From the NCBI GenBank assembly GCA_037310415.1, contig CP147780.1, positions 1,568,001-1,632,000 of the forward strand: a DNA stretch of 64,000 bases, in the 5' to 3' direction. Below the pieces are notes generated by a model. The model saw only the letters and a list, made by a program, of their open reading frames with translations. It searched no databases and had not been told where the DNA came from. The stretch comes from Candidatus Atabeyarchaeum deiterrae (GTDB lineage: Archaea > Asgardarchaeota > Atabeyarchaeia > Atabeyarchaeales > Atabeyarchaeaceae). Shown piece by piece: positions 37,331-46,879 of the stretch (its first letter is position 1; every line of letters starts with the position of its first letter). The translations under genes were made by a program, and so were the position numbers.

Positions 37331-38439
37331 TGGCGGTGGTGAAAGGAGTGGATCAGAGGAGAATAATATCACTGGGAAGAGGTTCCTTAGTTATTTCGTT
37401 GCCAAAATACTGGCTCAAACTGAATGGACTCAAGAAAGGCGATGAAGTATCGCTTACACTTCAACAGAACCGTTCTCTTGTTGTTATTCCCGGGACAGGA
37501 ATGAGAGAGAGTAGCAGAGAGGTCGTAATCGAGATCAAACCCGAGGAGAACTCGGCTTCGATCATTAGAAGAATAATCGCCTGCTATCTTAATGGATACT
37601 CTGGGATAAGGATCATCTCCAATGACATATTGAACGTAGCTCAACAGAGAGCTATCCGTGAGGCAGCCAGAAATCTTTTCATGAACATAATGGAAGCAAC
37701 AACGAAAGGCGTACATATTGAGATTCTAATAGATGATTCCAAGGCTCACGTCAGCGCAGGCATACAGAGAATGCATGCTATCGCAGATGCAATGTGCAAG
37801 GACACGATGATCGCACTGAAAAACTTCGACGCATCCCTCGCCAGGGTTGTTTTCTCACTTGACACTGATGTCGATCACCTGTCCTTCTTGGAAATAAGAT
37901 TGCTAAGAAGCGCTGCTATCAATCCAGCATTAGCAAATGAGCTGAGCTTGACTCTTATCGATTGTCTTGACTATCAGACTCTCGTACACAGAATCGAACA
38001 AACAGCTGATCAAGCGGCAAACATTGTGAGAAACATAATAGTCTTGGAAGGAGAGAGGCAGAAAATACCGAGCGAGCTACTTGAACTGATGGCTGAAGCG
38101 GGCAGCAAGGCACATATGATGTATAGCAATGCGGTCAAGGCCTACTTCTCGAGAGATATGAGCGAGGCCGAGAGGATAATAGAGCAAGAAGAAGAGGTTG
38201 AGAGGCTCGGAAGAGAGATTGCATCGAAGACCTTCGCCAATACACAAAGTACCAGTATGGTCGTATGCTCAACCTGCTCAATCCGGGACAGCATAAGACG
38301 AATGGCCGAATTTGCAGGAGATATCGCTGAAATCTCCATCAACCGCATGTATGAGCTGAGACCTCGAGTCGAAGGTCGAGACAAGATCCTTCTGCAGAAA
38401 GAGACAAAGAGTGTCCAGAAAACGCCAGAAGCAACATGA
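37330..38439 (+). CDS. Archaeal phosphate-uptake regulator (AbrB-like N-domain + PhoU repeats)
   Basis: RRIISLGRGSLVISLPKYW....LKKGD, IIACYLNGY, D.DVD, IEQTADQA.NI, RMAEFAGDIAE; start ATG 37330. Confidence 0.88.
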   Translation: MAVVKGVDQRRIISLGRGSLVISLPKYWLKLNGLKKGDEVSLTLQQNRSLVVIPGTGMRESSREVVIEIKPEENSASIIRRIIACYLNGYSGIRIISNDILNVAQQRAIREAARNLFMNIMEATTKGVHIEILIDDSKAHVSAGIQRMHAIADAMCKDTMIALKNFDASLARVVFSLDTDVDHLSFLEIRLLRSAAINPALANELSLTLIDCLDYQTLVHRIEQTADQAANIVRNIIVLEGERQKIPSELLELMAEAGSKAHMMYSNAVKAYFSRDMSEAERIIEQEEEVERLGREIASKTFANTQSTSMVVCSTCSIRDSIRRMAEFAGDIAEISINRMYELRPRVEGRDKILLQKETKSVQKTPEAT

Positions 38440-38499
38440 ACGGACATTCTTAAAAAAATGAAAAAGAAAGAGGGGACTTGGCGTTTAGTGGTCAGTCAA

Positions 38500-40242
38500 T
38501 CAGGCAATCTTGGATTCTGGGTATGTTAGAGTTACTGTGAAGTCTGGAATCGTACTCTTCTTCTGTAATAGCCTTCTTGCAGTGTCGAGGGCAAAGTTGT
38601 AGTCGAAGACTCCTTTTCCACTTTCCTTTGCGCCCTTCAATATTTCGACCTCAATCTTGTGCTTCAGTTTGCCAATTGTGATTGGGCCAACCCCATACAT
38701 TCCGCCCACGATCTCTCTCATCTCATCCTCAGGTTTCAACCCTTCGATACCAAGAGGCGGGATGGCGTTTATGTCTGCGAAGACCTTCACCGGCTCCAAT
38801 TCGTTCATCATTTGCATGTCTATAAGTTGAGTTCCAGCCTGGGCACCTGTGAATATCAGGTCCTTGTTTCCCGCAATCTCCATTCTTTTCTCCCTAGTTG
38901 GCGCAAAGAACCCTTCCACATTCACACCGTACTTCTCGTATAGTCTGGTAGCGATCCCCTTTATGTACACATCTCCGTCAGCACGACCTGGGTTTGGGCT
39001 TACGATCGTTACTTCGGATCCAAGTCTACTCAGAAGAACAGCTGCGACCTTTCCGACGGGACCAGTTCCAAAGATAACACAGCTCTTCTTTCTAATGTCA
39101 CCAAGACTGTTAGCGACGAGAGCACTTTCAACCTTCGCAACCATTGCTGCAGCCGTGGTGTATGCTCCGCTTGGGTCAATTATGACAGGGGCTTCGAACG
39201 GAGGGAACATTGCCTGCAGAGCAACTTCCAGAACTTTCTCTGCTTTATCTGAATCTTTTCCACCGATCAGGAAACATGTGCGTTTCGCACCCGCTGGTCC
39301 TCTCGAAAGCAAGGCATCCTGAATGATAACCTTGGCTTCCTCCGGTTGAATATCGTTGTAAGGTATCACACTATCGTAGCCGGCATCGTAGCCCATGCAT
39401 ATGTCGAATGGGTTCACCTTTTTGTTGTCGCAATCTAGAAAAAAAAGCAAGTAGGGCAAATACTCCGAAGCTTTCTTAATGACTGGTTTCACCTGAATCT
39501 TGTATGATTGCAGCACACTCTCAACCTTGCTGCTCCCTGAAAGAGCAACTTCTGCCTGTACTGGTACTGCTTTCTTGGAAACTGAGAGAACCTCGACTTT
39601 CACCTTCAGAGCCTCAAGTAGCTTCTTGACACCCTCAACGTGCTCAGGGCTGGCAATGTGATAGCATGTCATCGACGTGCTCTTCTTGCCGTTGACCTTC
39701 TTCGCACTGTCAAGAATCCCCATCGCTATCCAGTTCTGACGGGTGGCAAAATTTATTTGCTTCAACTCATCCTCAATCTCAGACTGGAGACACTGCCCGT
39801 AGGTCACTAGGTAGTCTTCCTTCTCCAAAGCGGACCTGTCTCTCGATCCTTTTTGCCTGGAAATTGTCGATAGTTCATCAAGTACCTTTGTTCGAAGTTC
39901 GATCTTCTGACTGATGTTGGCGAGGAGATATGACTTTGCATTCTCATCTATGTCAGCGGGGAAGAACGGAACATTGTTCTTCTTGAACACTGGGGCCAAA
40001 GGATTGCTCTCATAGAAGTCTTTCTGAGAGCGGTCACCGAGTTCCTCAGTGGCAAAGGTTGGTTTACTTCTTCTTATCAGCTCCTCCATAAACTTGGAGA
40101 AAGCCATAGATGGTCTGGCGAGCAACTTGGTTGCTGCACCTGGACTGAGAGCCGCTGCCAAAAAAGGCTCATTGAACTCCTTCTCAATCATCATTACACG
40201 CAAATCAACATCTTTCAAGGGCTCGATTTCGAGAACTTTCAT
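38500..40242 (-). CDS. NAD(P)-dependent methylene-H4MPT dehydrogenase (MtdA/B/C-like) with an extra N-terminal domain
   Basis: PFDICMGYDAG, IQDALLSRGP, IGGKD, PPFE...DPSGAYTTAAAMVA, GTGPVG, DINAIPPLGIEG; about 220-aa N-terminal extension; start ATG 40242. Confidence 0.85.
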   Translation of the reverse strand: MKVLEIEPLKDVDLRVMMIEKEFNEPFLAAALSPGAATKLLARPSMAFSKFMEELIRRSKPTFATEELGDRSQKDFYESNPLAPVFKKNNVPFFPADIDENAKSYLLANISQKIELRTKVLDELSTISRQKGSRDRSALEKEDYLVTYGQCLQSEIEDELKQINFATRQNWIAMGILDSAKKVNGKKSTSMTCYHIASPEHVEGVKKLLEALKVKVEVLSVSKKAVPVQAEVALSGSSKVESVLQSYKIQVKPVIKKASEYLPYLLFFLDCDNKKVNPFDICMGYDAGYDSVIPYNDIQPEEAKVIIQDALLSRGPAGAKRTCFLIGGKDSDKAEKVLEVALQAMFPPFEAPVIIDPSGAYTTAAAMVAKVESALVANSLGDIRKKSCVIFGTGPVGKVAAVLLSRLGSEVTIVSPNPGRADGDVYIKGIATRLYEKYGVNVEGFFAPTREKRMEIAGNKDLIFTGAQAGTQLIDMQMMNELEPVKVFADINAIPPLGIEGLKPEDEMREIVGGMYGVGPITIGKLKHKIEVEILKGAKESGKGVFDYNFALDTARRLLQKKSTIPDFTVTLTYPESKIA

Positions 40243-40308
40243 TTCTTTTCGCCTCCATAATTGATATATATAAATTCGCCCACGAGCTATACTGTCATTC
40301 GAAGATGA

Positions 40309-40416
40309 TATATACTTTTTCGCAATAGTATATTGTCTGCTATATACAGTATATATTGATGCTTCCGTCACCGTATTTAAAAGGTCACGTTATGAAAACG
40401 CTAAAAAAAGTATATA
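40309..40416. promoter_or_regulatory. Back-to-back BRE-TATA promoters for the mtd-like gene and nfnAB
   Basis: TATATACTTTTT (40309-40320) and its reverse complement AAAAAGTATATA (40405-40416). Confidence 0.55.
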
Positions 40417-40467
40417 AAAACGGCTGACCTTCCCTTTTGAATGACCTTAGGTGGTCAGGTGGTTTCT

Positions 40468-41310
40468 ATGTACGAAGTCATATCAAATGAGGAATTGGCT
40501 CCCAGCATTAAAAGGATCGTTATCAAAGCTCCTGTCGTTGCAAAGAAGATCCAAGCGGGCCAATTTGTGGTTCTAAGACTGCAGGAAAATGGAGAGCGAA
40601 TTCCTTTGACTCAAGCTGATGTCGACCCCGAAAATGGGAAAGTCACGATCGTTTATCAAGAAGTTGGCAAGAGTACAAGACTTCTTGGAACACTTGGAGC
40701 CGGCGACATGATACCTGATCTTCTTGGACCACTAGGTGTCCCAATTGAATTGAAGAAGTACGGCACCGTTGTCTTGCTTGGCGGAGGGGTAGGAATACCG
40801 CCACTCTATCCCAAGGGCAAAGCCCTGAAGAAGTATGGAAACTACATTATTTCGATAATTGGTGCTCGAAACAAGGATCTCTTAATGATGGAAGACGAAA
40901 TGAAGAGCATCTCAGACCATTTCATCATAACAACTGATGATGGCTCAAAGGGCAAGAAAGGCTTCACGACCGAGGCCCTCCGTGAAGTATTGAAGAGCAA
41001 GAAAGTTGACTTGATTATTACAGTCGGTCCCCTTATCATGATGAAGAACGCGTCGCTTGTCGCAAAAGAGTTTGGCGTCAAGATCGAAGTGAGCTTGAAC
41101 CCACTCATGCTCGACGCAACTGGTATGTGCGGTGTTTGCCGCTGCACAGTTGGAGACGAAACCAAGTTTGCATGCGTTCATGGACCCGTGTTCGATGGAT
41201 CCAAAGTCAATTTCGACGAGTTGATGAAAAGATCAAGAATCTATTTGGACGAAGAAAAGGCTTCCCTAGACTTATTCAACAAGGAGTTGAACACGAAAGG
41301 CTCAGACTAG
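40468..41310 (+). CDS. nfnA: NfnA/SudB-type ferredoxin:NADP+ reductase small subunit
   Basis: AGQFV, GERIPLT, GGGVG, TDDGS.G, VGPLIMMK, TGMCGVCRC...KFACVHGP.FD; start ATG 40468. Confidence 0.9.
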   Translation: MYEVISNEELAPSIKRIVIKAPVVAKKIQAGQFVVLRLQENGERIPLTQADVDPENGKVTIVYQEVGKSTRLLGTLGAGDMIPDLLGPLGVPIELKKYGTVVLLGGGVGIPPLYPKGKALKKYGNYIISIIGARNKDLLMMEDEMKSISDHFIITTDDGSKGKKGFTTEALREVLKSKKVDLIITVGPLIMMKNASLVAKEFGVKIEVSLNPLMLDATGMCGVCRCTVGDETKFACVHGPVFDGSKVNFDELMKRSRIYLDEEKASLDLFNKELNTKGSD

Positions 41311-41329
41311 TGAAAGGGATGTGCGTATA

Positions 41330-42745
41330 ATGTCGAAAATCGACGCCGCGAAGGCGAAGAAACCAAAGACAAGAGTCGAGATGCGTGAACAAGACCCTAA
41401 GGAGCGTATCAAAAACTTCAAGGAAGTCGCTCTAGGCTACACCGAGGAGGAAGCTGTAGCGGAGGCAAGTAGGTGCTTGAATTGCAAGGAGAGGCCTTGC
41501 TGCAGTGGCTGCCCGGTGTGCATAGACATCCCTCGCTTCGTTGGCTTGGTTAAAGAGAGGAAGTTCGCTGAGGCAATAGCTCTAGTCAAGGAGCAGAACA
41601 GTCTCCCCGCGATAAGTGGACGTGTCTGCCCACAGGAGGAGCAATGCGAGAAGATCTGCACGTTGAACAAGATCAAGCAGCCAGTCGCAGTAGGGCGCCT
41701 AGAACGCTTCGTAGCCGATCATGAGAGAGAAAAACTAGGCGTCAGAATCCCAGAATTACCTCCTTCAACTGGCAAGAGAATCGCCATAGCGGGCTCTGGC
41801 CCAGCTGGGCTCACATGCGCCGGCGAATTGGCAAGGATGGGACACTCAGTAAAGATTTTCGAGTCACTTCATGTTGCTGGCGGAGTTCTAATGTATGGCA
41901 TTCCAGAGTTCAGGCTACCTAAGGCCATTGTCCAAGCTGAAATTAACTATGTAAAGAAACTCGGTGTAGAACTCGAGACAAACGCGCTTGTCGGAAGAAC
42001 GTACACAATTGACGAGTTGTTTGAAGAAGGATATGATGCCATTTTCGTCGGAAGTGGAGCTGGTTTACCGGATTTCCTCGGAATACCAGGAGAAAACGCA
42101 GTTGGCGTGTATTCTTCAAACGAGTATCTGACAAGAACCAATCTGATGAAGGCATACCTCTTCCCCCAGTACGACACGCCCATAAAAGTAGGTAAGCGCG
42201 TCGTAGTGGTAGGTGGGGGTAACACTACCATGGACTCTGCTCGCTGCGCACTAAGGCTTAAGGCTGAAAAGGTAACCATAGTCTACAGGCGCAGCGAGGA
42301 GGAAATGCCAGCACGGAAAGAAGAGGTCGTTAGGGCAAAGGAAGAAGGAATAGAATTCATGCTTTTGACAAACCCGACGAAGATAATAACGGATGACAAG
42401 GGTTTCGTGAAACAAGTCGAATGCATCAAGATGCAATTGGGTGAACCAGATGCTTCAGGAAGACGCAGGCCAGTACCGATTCCTGGTTCAGAGTTCAGGA
42501 TCGATTGTGACACTGCTGTCATAGCAATTGGTCAGAGCCCAAACCCTCTGATACGGCAGACTACCAAGGGATTAGAGTCCAACAAAATAGGGGCACTCAT
42601 CGTCGATCCGGAGACCTTGATGACCACCAGAAAAGGCATCTTCGCAGGCGGGGACATAATTAGTGGAGGAGCAACGGTAATCAGAGCCATGGGCGAAGGA
42701 AAGAGGGCAGCTAAAGCGATGGATACCTATGTGAAGAATCTGTAG
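41330..42745 (+). CDS. nfnB: NfnB/SudA (GltD-like) large subunit
   Basis: RCLNC...C..GCP, GRVCPQEEQCE, GSGPAGL, YGIPEFRLPK, GGGNT, FAGGD; adjacent to nfnA, no gltB in the window. Confidence 0.9.
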   Translation: MSKIDAAKAKKPKTRVEMREQDPKERIKNFKEVALGYTEEEAVAEASRCLNCKERPCCSGCPVCIDIPRFVGLVKERKFAEAIALVKEQNSLPAISGRVCPQEEQCEKICTLNKIKQPVAVGRLERFVADHEREKLGVRIPELPPSTGKRIAIAGSGPAGLTCAGELARMGHSVKIFESLHVAGGVLMYGIPEFRLPKAIVQAEINYVKKLGVELETNALVGRTYTIDELFEEGYDAIFVGSGAGLPDFLGIPGENAVGVYSSNEYLTRTNLMKAYLFPQYDTPIKVGKRVVVVGGGNTTMDSARCALRLKAEKVTIVYRRSEEEMPARKEEVVRAKEEGIEFMLLTNPTKIITDDKGFVKQVECIKMQLGEPDASGRRRPVPIPGSEFRIDCDTAVIAIGQSPNPLIRQTTKGLESNKIGALIVDPETLMTTRKGIFAGGDIISGGATVIRAMGEGKRAAKAMDTYVKNL

Positions 42746-42871
42746 ACGCGCGACATCCAAACATGACTTACGTCATGAAGCATTTCCAAGTTCCATCTCC
42801 GCAGTGCTTTGGTTCTTCTTTTCTTGTTGAGACTCGTGACGAAATTCTTATATAGATCATTCTGAGACATA

Positions 42872-42897
42872 GCGATATGCTCATATTAGCATATCGC
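42872..42897 (+). promoter_or_regulatory. Palindromic operator candidate upstream of tupA
   Basis: GCGATATGCT-CATATT-AGCATATCGC, perfect 10-bp arms, downstream of TTATATA (42848). Confidence 0.55.
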
Positions 42898-42914
42898 ATG
42901 ATGCGATTTGGTGA

Positions 42915-43985
42915 GTGAACTTGGAGAATAGGAAAGCATACGCATTGATAATGGTGATGATGGTAGCAAGCGTTGCCTTAATCGGGGCTGCAATGCTGAC
43001 GGTTCCCAGAGTAACACTGACTCTACAGACTACGACAAGCATGCAAGACTCTGGTCTTTTGGATCTGATCAAACCAACTTTTGATGAGAAGTACGGAGTG
43101 AACTTGAGATGGGTAGCGGTTGGAACTGGTCAAGCCTTGACAAACGCCGGCCGAGGCGATGGAGACGTTGTCATTGTGCACTCGAAAGCTAGTGAACTTG
43201 AATTCATAAACCACACTAGCACAAAGTATTCCTACAGTGGTCAAGGAATCTTCAGAGTCAGCTTCGCTTACAACTACTATGTGATAGTCGGACCAACGAA
43301 TGATCCGGCAGGAATCTCAACAAACTCAACCATTGCGAATAATGGGACTAGGGTCTTCAAGGCGATCTATGATTACTGTGAAGCAAACCCCAGCCAATAC
43401 TTTGCGTCACGAGGAGACAAGTCAGGAACTAACACCAAAGAGGAAGGTATATGGAAGCTACTTGGAGTAAATGGAACCGTGCAGACCAAATCGTGGTACA
43501 AAAGCCTAGGACAAGGCATGGGACCAACTTTAACCTACTCAAACCAGGTTGGTGCGTACACTCTGACTGACTATGGAACATGGCTAAAAATGAAAAGCAC
43601 GTTGACATACTTGAAGGTTGCAAGTGGAAAGACGAACTCCGACCTGAAAAACACCTATTCAATAATCGCTGTAGACCCTGCAAAACACCCGAATGTAAAC
43701 TTCGATTTGGCAAAGAAACTCATCTACTTCATGGTACATGAAGGGCAAAACATAATCGGGAATTACACTATTGATGGTGAGGCTGTCTTTACTAAGTATC
43801 TCAATCCCAACCCCACGGTAGACTGCTTCTGCCACAGTTCTCAGTGCGACGTATGTAGTGGAAGCTATCATCTGTGCCCGACCAACGATCAGAGTAGCGT
43901 CTCTCTTGCTCCTGTAATAGACAACTCTTGGAATTCGATGATTCAGCTGAAGAAGTCATATGCTACACTACCTCAAGGAGCATGA
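42915..43985 (+). CDS. tupA: Tungstate ABC transporter substrate-binding protein
   Basis: TTTSMQDSGLL, AVGTGQAL, SRGDKSGT, GQGMG.TL, YTLTD.GTW. Confidence 0.9.
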   Translation: MNLENRKAYALIMVMMVASVALIGAAMLTVPRVTLTLQTTTSMQDSGLLDLIKPTFDEKYGVNLRWVAVGTGQALTNAGRGDGDVVIVHSKASELEFINHTSTKYSYSGQGIFRVSFAYNYYVIVGPTNDPAGISTNSTIANNGTRVFKAIYDYCEANPSQYFASRGDKSGTNTKEEGIWKLLGVNGTVQTKSWYKSLGQGMGPTLTYSNQVGAYTLTDYGTWLKMKSTLTYLKVASGKTNSDLKNTYSIIAVDPAKHPNVNFDLAKKLIYFMVHEGQNIIGNYTIDGEAVFTKYLNPNPTVDCFCHSSQCDVCSGSYHLCPTNDQSSVSLAPVIDNSWNSMIQLKKSYATLPQGA

Positions 43986-44168
43986 GTGGAACTTGAATAG
44001 AGTGTCTGTGTGAGGAACCTCGCTCCACTGAATCAACATCGCCCAGCAAGCCTTGTATCGCCAAACTCATCGTCTCCCTCGCGGGCTCGCTAATCATCTC
44101 CCCCATTCTTTCTTAAATATCCGCGCAGACTAGATAGACAGAAAAAACGCAAAGGTGATGATCAGCAC

Positions 44169-44876
44169 ATGAGTATCGCATGGGGTATTCTTCAACCCTG
44201 CCAGATGTCGCTTGCATTCACTACTGAATTATTCCAGATAATGTTTCTTTCATTGATCGTTTCCGGAACCGCCACTCTCGTTGCATCAGTGATAGCTATA
44301 CCTCTGGGATCTTTGATCGCCATGAAGCGTTTCCCAGGAAAACAGTTTGTCAAGACGCTCACTTACACCCTCATGGGTCTTCCTCCAGTCGTGGCTGGTC
44401 TCGTGATTTATCTCATCTTGTCTAGAAGCGGACCTCTCGGAGTGCTTGGTTTATTGTACTCCCCGGCCGCCATGATCATGGCGCAGGTCCTTATGGCAAC
44501 GCCCATCGTAATGGGAGTCACTATTTCGGCCGTTTCAAGCGTTCCGCCCGAAGTCAAGGACACGGCATTGTCGCTCGGAGCGACCGAGTGGCAATGTACA
44601 TCAACAATTCTGAATGAAGGGAGAATTGGCTTGATTACAGCCATTATAACCGGCTTCGGTGCCTGCATATCCGAAGTGGGCGCCGTGATGATCGTGGGAG
44701 GGAACATCCGATTTGAGACAAGAGTACTGACGACTGCCATAGTATTGGACACAAATGTCGGAGAGTATGGAACCGCATTAACTCTTGGACTAGTCCTGCT
44801 GATATTGGCCTTCTTGGTAAACGTGCCTCTGGTCATGTTGCAGAGGCGAGGGGGAGCCAAGTATAGGGGGAGGTGA
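44169..44876 (+). CDS. tupB: Tungstate ABC transporter permease
   Basis: MGLPPVVAGL, SRSGPLG, SEVGAVMIVGGNI...TRVLTTAI. Confidence 0.92.
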   Translation: MSIAWGILQPCQMSLAFTTELFQIMFLSLIVSGTATLVASVIAIPLGSLIAMKRFPGKQFVKTLTYTLMGLPPVVAGLVIYLILSRSGPLGVLGLLYSPAAMIMAQVLMATPIVMGVTISAVSSVPPEVKDTALSLGATEWQCTSTILNEGRIGLITAIITGFGACISEVGAVMIVGGNIRFETRVLTTAIVLDTNVGEYGTALTLGLVLLILAFLVNVPLVMLQRRGGAKYRGR

Positions 44877-45643
44877 TAGTATTGGCCCGCCCGATTGGCA
44901 CAGTAGGCGCAGATGTTGAGGCGAAGAATCTCTCTAAGACCTACGACGAAAGAACAAAGGTGCTAAACAGGATCTCCTTCCGCGTGGAAAAGCAAGAGGT
45001 CTTCGTGATAATCGGTCCAAGTGGTGTGGGTAAGACAACACTGCTTCGGCTAATAGACCTCCTGGAATACCCCACGAGTGGAAAGCTCCTTCTAAAGGGC
45101 GTTGACACAACAGGTCTAAACAAAATCGGGCGGCTTCAACTTCGCAGAAGAATCGGCATGGTTTTCCAGTCAACGTTACTCTTCGATGCAAACGTGTACT
45201 CCAACATCTCATATGGGCTAAGAATTCGCGGTGTCCCGAAAAAGAAGGCTGAGAGAAAAGTCACCAAAGCGCTGTCAACCGTTGGGCTAGAGAATTTCGA
45301 GCGTCGACATGCTAAGACTCTCTCAGGGGGAGAAGCTCAGAGGGTCGCGATTGCTAGAGTACTCGCATATGAACCGGAGCTCATACTTCTGGACGAACCA
45401 ACAGCAAACTTGGATCCAGCCAACACCTCTACCATCGAAAAAGCAATACTGAGAGCAAAGCAGAACTATGGCGCAACAATAATTGTTGCAACCCACAACA
45501 TGTTTCAGGCAAGGAGACTCGGAGGGAGAGTGGCCCTTTTTTTAAATGGTAGGTTTGTCGAAGTAAACGACCCCGAAACAATGTTCACAAACCCAAGAGA
45601 ACCAGAGACAAAAGCTTTCATAACTGGAAAATTAGTGTATTGA
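44873..45643 (+). CDS. tupC: Tungstate ABC transporter ATP-binding protein
   Basis: GPSGVGKTT, LSGGEAQRVA, LDEPTANLD, THNMFQARR. Confidence 0.9.
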   Translation: MIVLARPIGTVGADVEAKNLSKTYDERTKVLNRISFRVEKQEVFVIIGPSGVGKTTLLRLIDLLEYPTSGKLLLKGVDTTGLNKIGRLQLRRRIGMVFQSTLLFDANVYSNISYGLRIRGVPKKKAERKVTKALSTVGLENFERRHAKTLSGGEAQRVAIARVLAYEPELILLDEPTANLDPANTSTIEKAILRAKQNYGATIIVATHNMFQARRLGGRVALFLNGRFVEVNDPETMFTNPREPETKAFITGKLVY

Positions 45644-45748
45644 AGTTCTGTGACTCTCGAAGTTCTTAACAAACTATTTATAATTCATGTCGAGAATCAA
45701 TATCAGTCTAGATAACGACTGAATGAGATGATTTGGGAGTAGAACTTC

Positions 45749-46111
45749 ATGCCTTGGTGGGCAGTAATCTACCATCCGTTGTTCTGGATCGGCGTAATAG
45801 TAGCTGTGTTGTTGCTATGGTTCCTCGGGGCACTGTTCCTTCTGATTGGACTCGGTGCAGTTGAATCAAAGAATAGAACTTTCGGCTCGGCTATGGTCAC
45901 CGTTCTTATAGGCGCACTTCTTGCATTCTTCCTACCGTGGTTCATTGGCTGGATTCTCTACTGGTACATTATTAAGGTTCGGCATGACACAAGCTGGGGT
46001 GGCGCTATAGCTGCGTGGTTGCTCGCATGGATCATACCGCTGGCGATAGTATCATTGGTATTCGTTTTCCTCATCGTGATTCCAGGGTTCATACCGTTCT
46101 TGCCATTCTAA
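45749..46111 (+). CDS. Small multi-TM hypothetical membrane protein
   Basis: Hydrophobic; LGAV..KNR.FGS, WYIIK.RH.TSWGGAIAAWL shared with the next ORF. Confidence 0.8.
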   Translation: MPWWAVIYHPLFWIGVIVAVLLLWFLGALFLLIGLGAVESKNRTFGSAMVTVLIGALLAFFLPWFIGWILYWYIIKVRHDTSWGGAIAAWLLAWIIPLAIVSLVFVFLIVIPGFIPFLPF

Positions 46112-46293
46112 GACATTTCCTAGAGAGACATAAAGCATCACTTTCTCTCCTTTTTTATTATTTCAGCCATCATTTGCTGATTTCTCTCTTCTGGAAATGT
46201 CCACAATCATTTGAAAAGCTATAAATAGACGGAAAAGAAGAGATGGAAGCCAACCAAATTGGAACGAGGAAATAGTAACGGAGGCTACAACTG

Positions 46294-46659
46294 TTGGCAG
46301 ACTGGCTTAGTCTATTTTATGGCTTGTTCTTGAATCCAGTATGGCTAGTAACATTCGTAGTGCTTGCTATCGTGATAGGACTCCTCCTTGGCTCCGTGTT
46401 TCTAATGGTGGCCCTCGGCGCAGTAAATGGAAAGAACAGAAAGTTTGGCTCAGTTTTCGTAACCGTACTCATCGGAGTAGTTCTCGGATGGATACCATGT
46501 ATTGGCTGCATAATATATTGGTACATTATCAAGATACGACATGAGACAAGCTGGGGCGGAGCAATAGCTGCTTGGCTGATCGCAGGTCTAATACCACTAG
46601 TGATAGTACTTATCGTGTTCATGCTTGTTGTGTTGCCACTTTTCTTTGGAATAATATAA
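46294..46659 (+). CDS. Small multi-TM hypothetical membrane protein, tandem paralogue
   Basis: Same motifs as 45749-46111; GGAGG upstream of TTG. Confidence 0.8.
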   Translation: MADWLSLFYGLFLNPVWLVTFVVLAIVIGLLLGSVFLMVALGAVNGKNRKFGSVFVTVLIGVVLGWIPCIGCIIYWYIIKIRHETSWGGAIAAWLIAGLIPLVIVLIVFMLVVLPLFFGII

Positions 46660-46679
46660 CATGGACTATCTTAGTTCGA

Positions 46680-46713
46680 TCGGGGAGCCTGCTCCCCGAA
46701 CCAAACTTTTTTT
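46680..46713 (+). terminator. Hairpin plus T-tract terminator
   Basis: TCGGGGAG-CCTG-CTCCCCGA followed by TTTTTTT. Confidence 0.6.
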
Positions 46714-46879
46714 GTTTGACCGTCTGCAGCCTCACATATCCCAGGCTTCTTCCGAGGCCAGATAATTACGGTAGACATGGAGTTGGGAGAACTCGTTAAA
46801 TAGACGGACATCGAATTTAATTTACCAAGCCTCCAAAAGTGATGCGAGAGTGACCTTGGGAAAAGGTGCAAAGTGAAAT

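Noticed and set aside
41330-42745. Glutamate synthase small subunit call
   Set aside because: Paired with an NfnA/SudB gene and no gltB nearby, so NfnB/SudA fits better.
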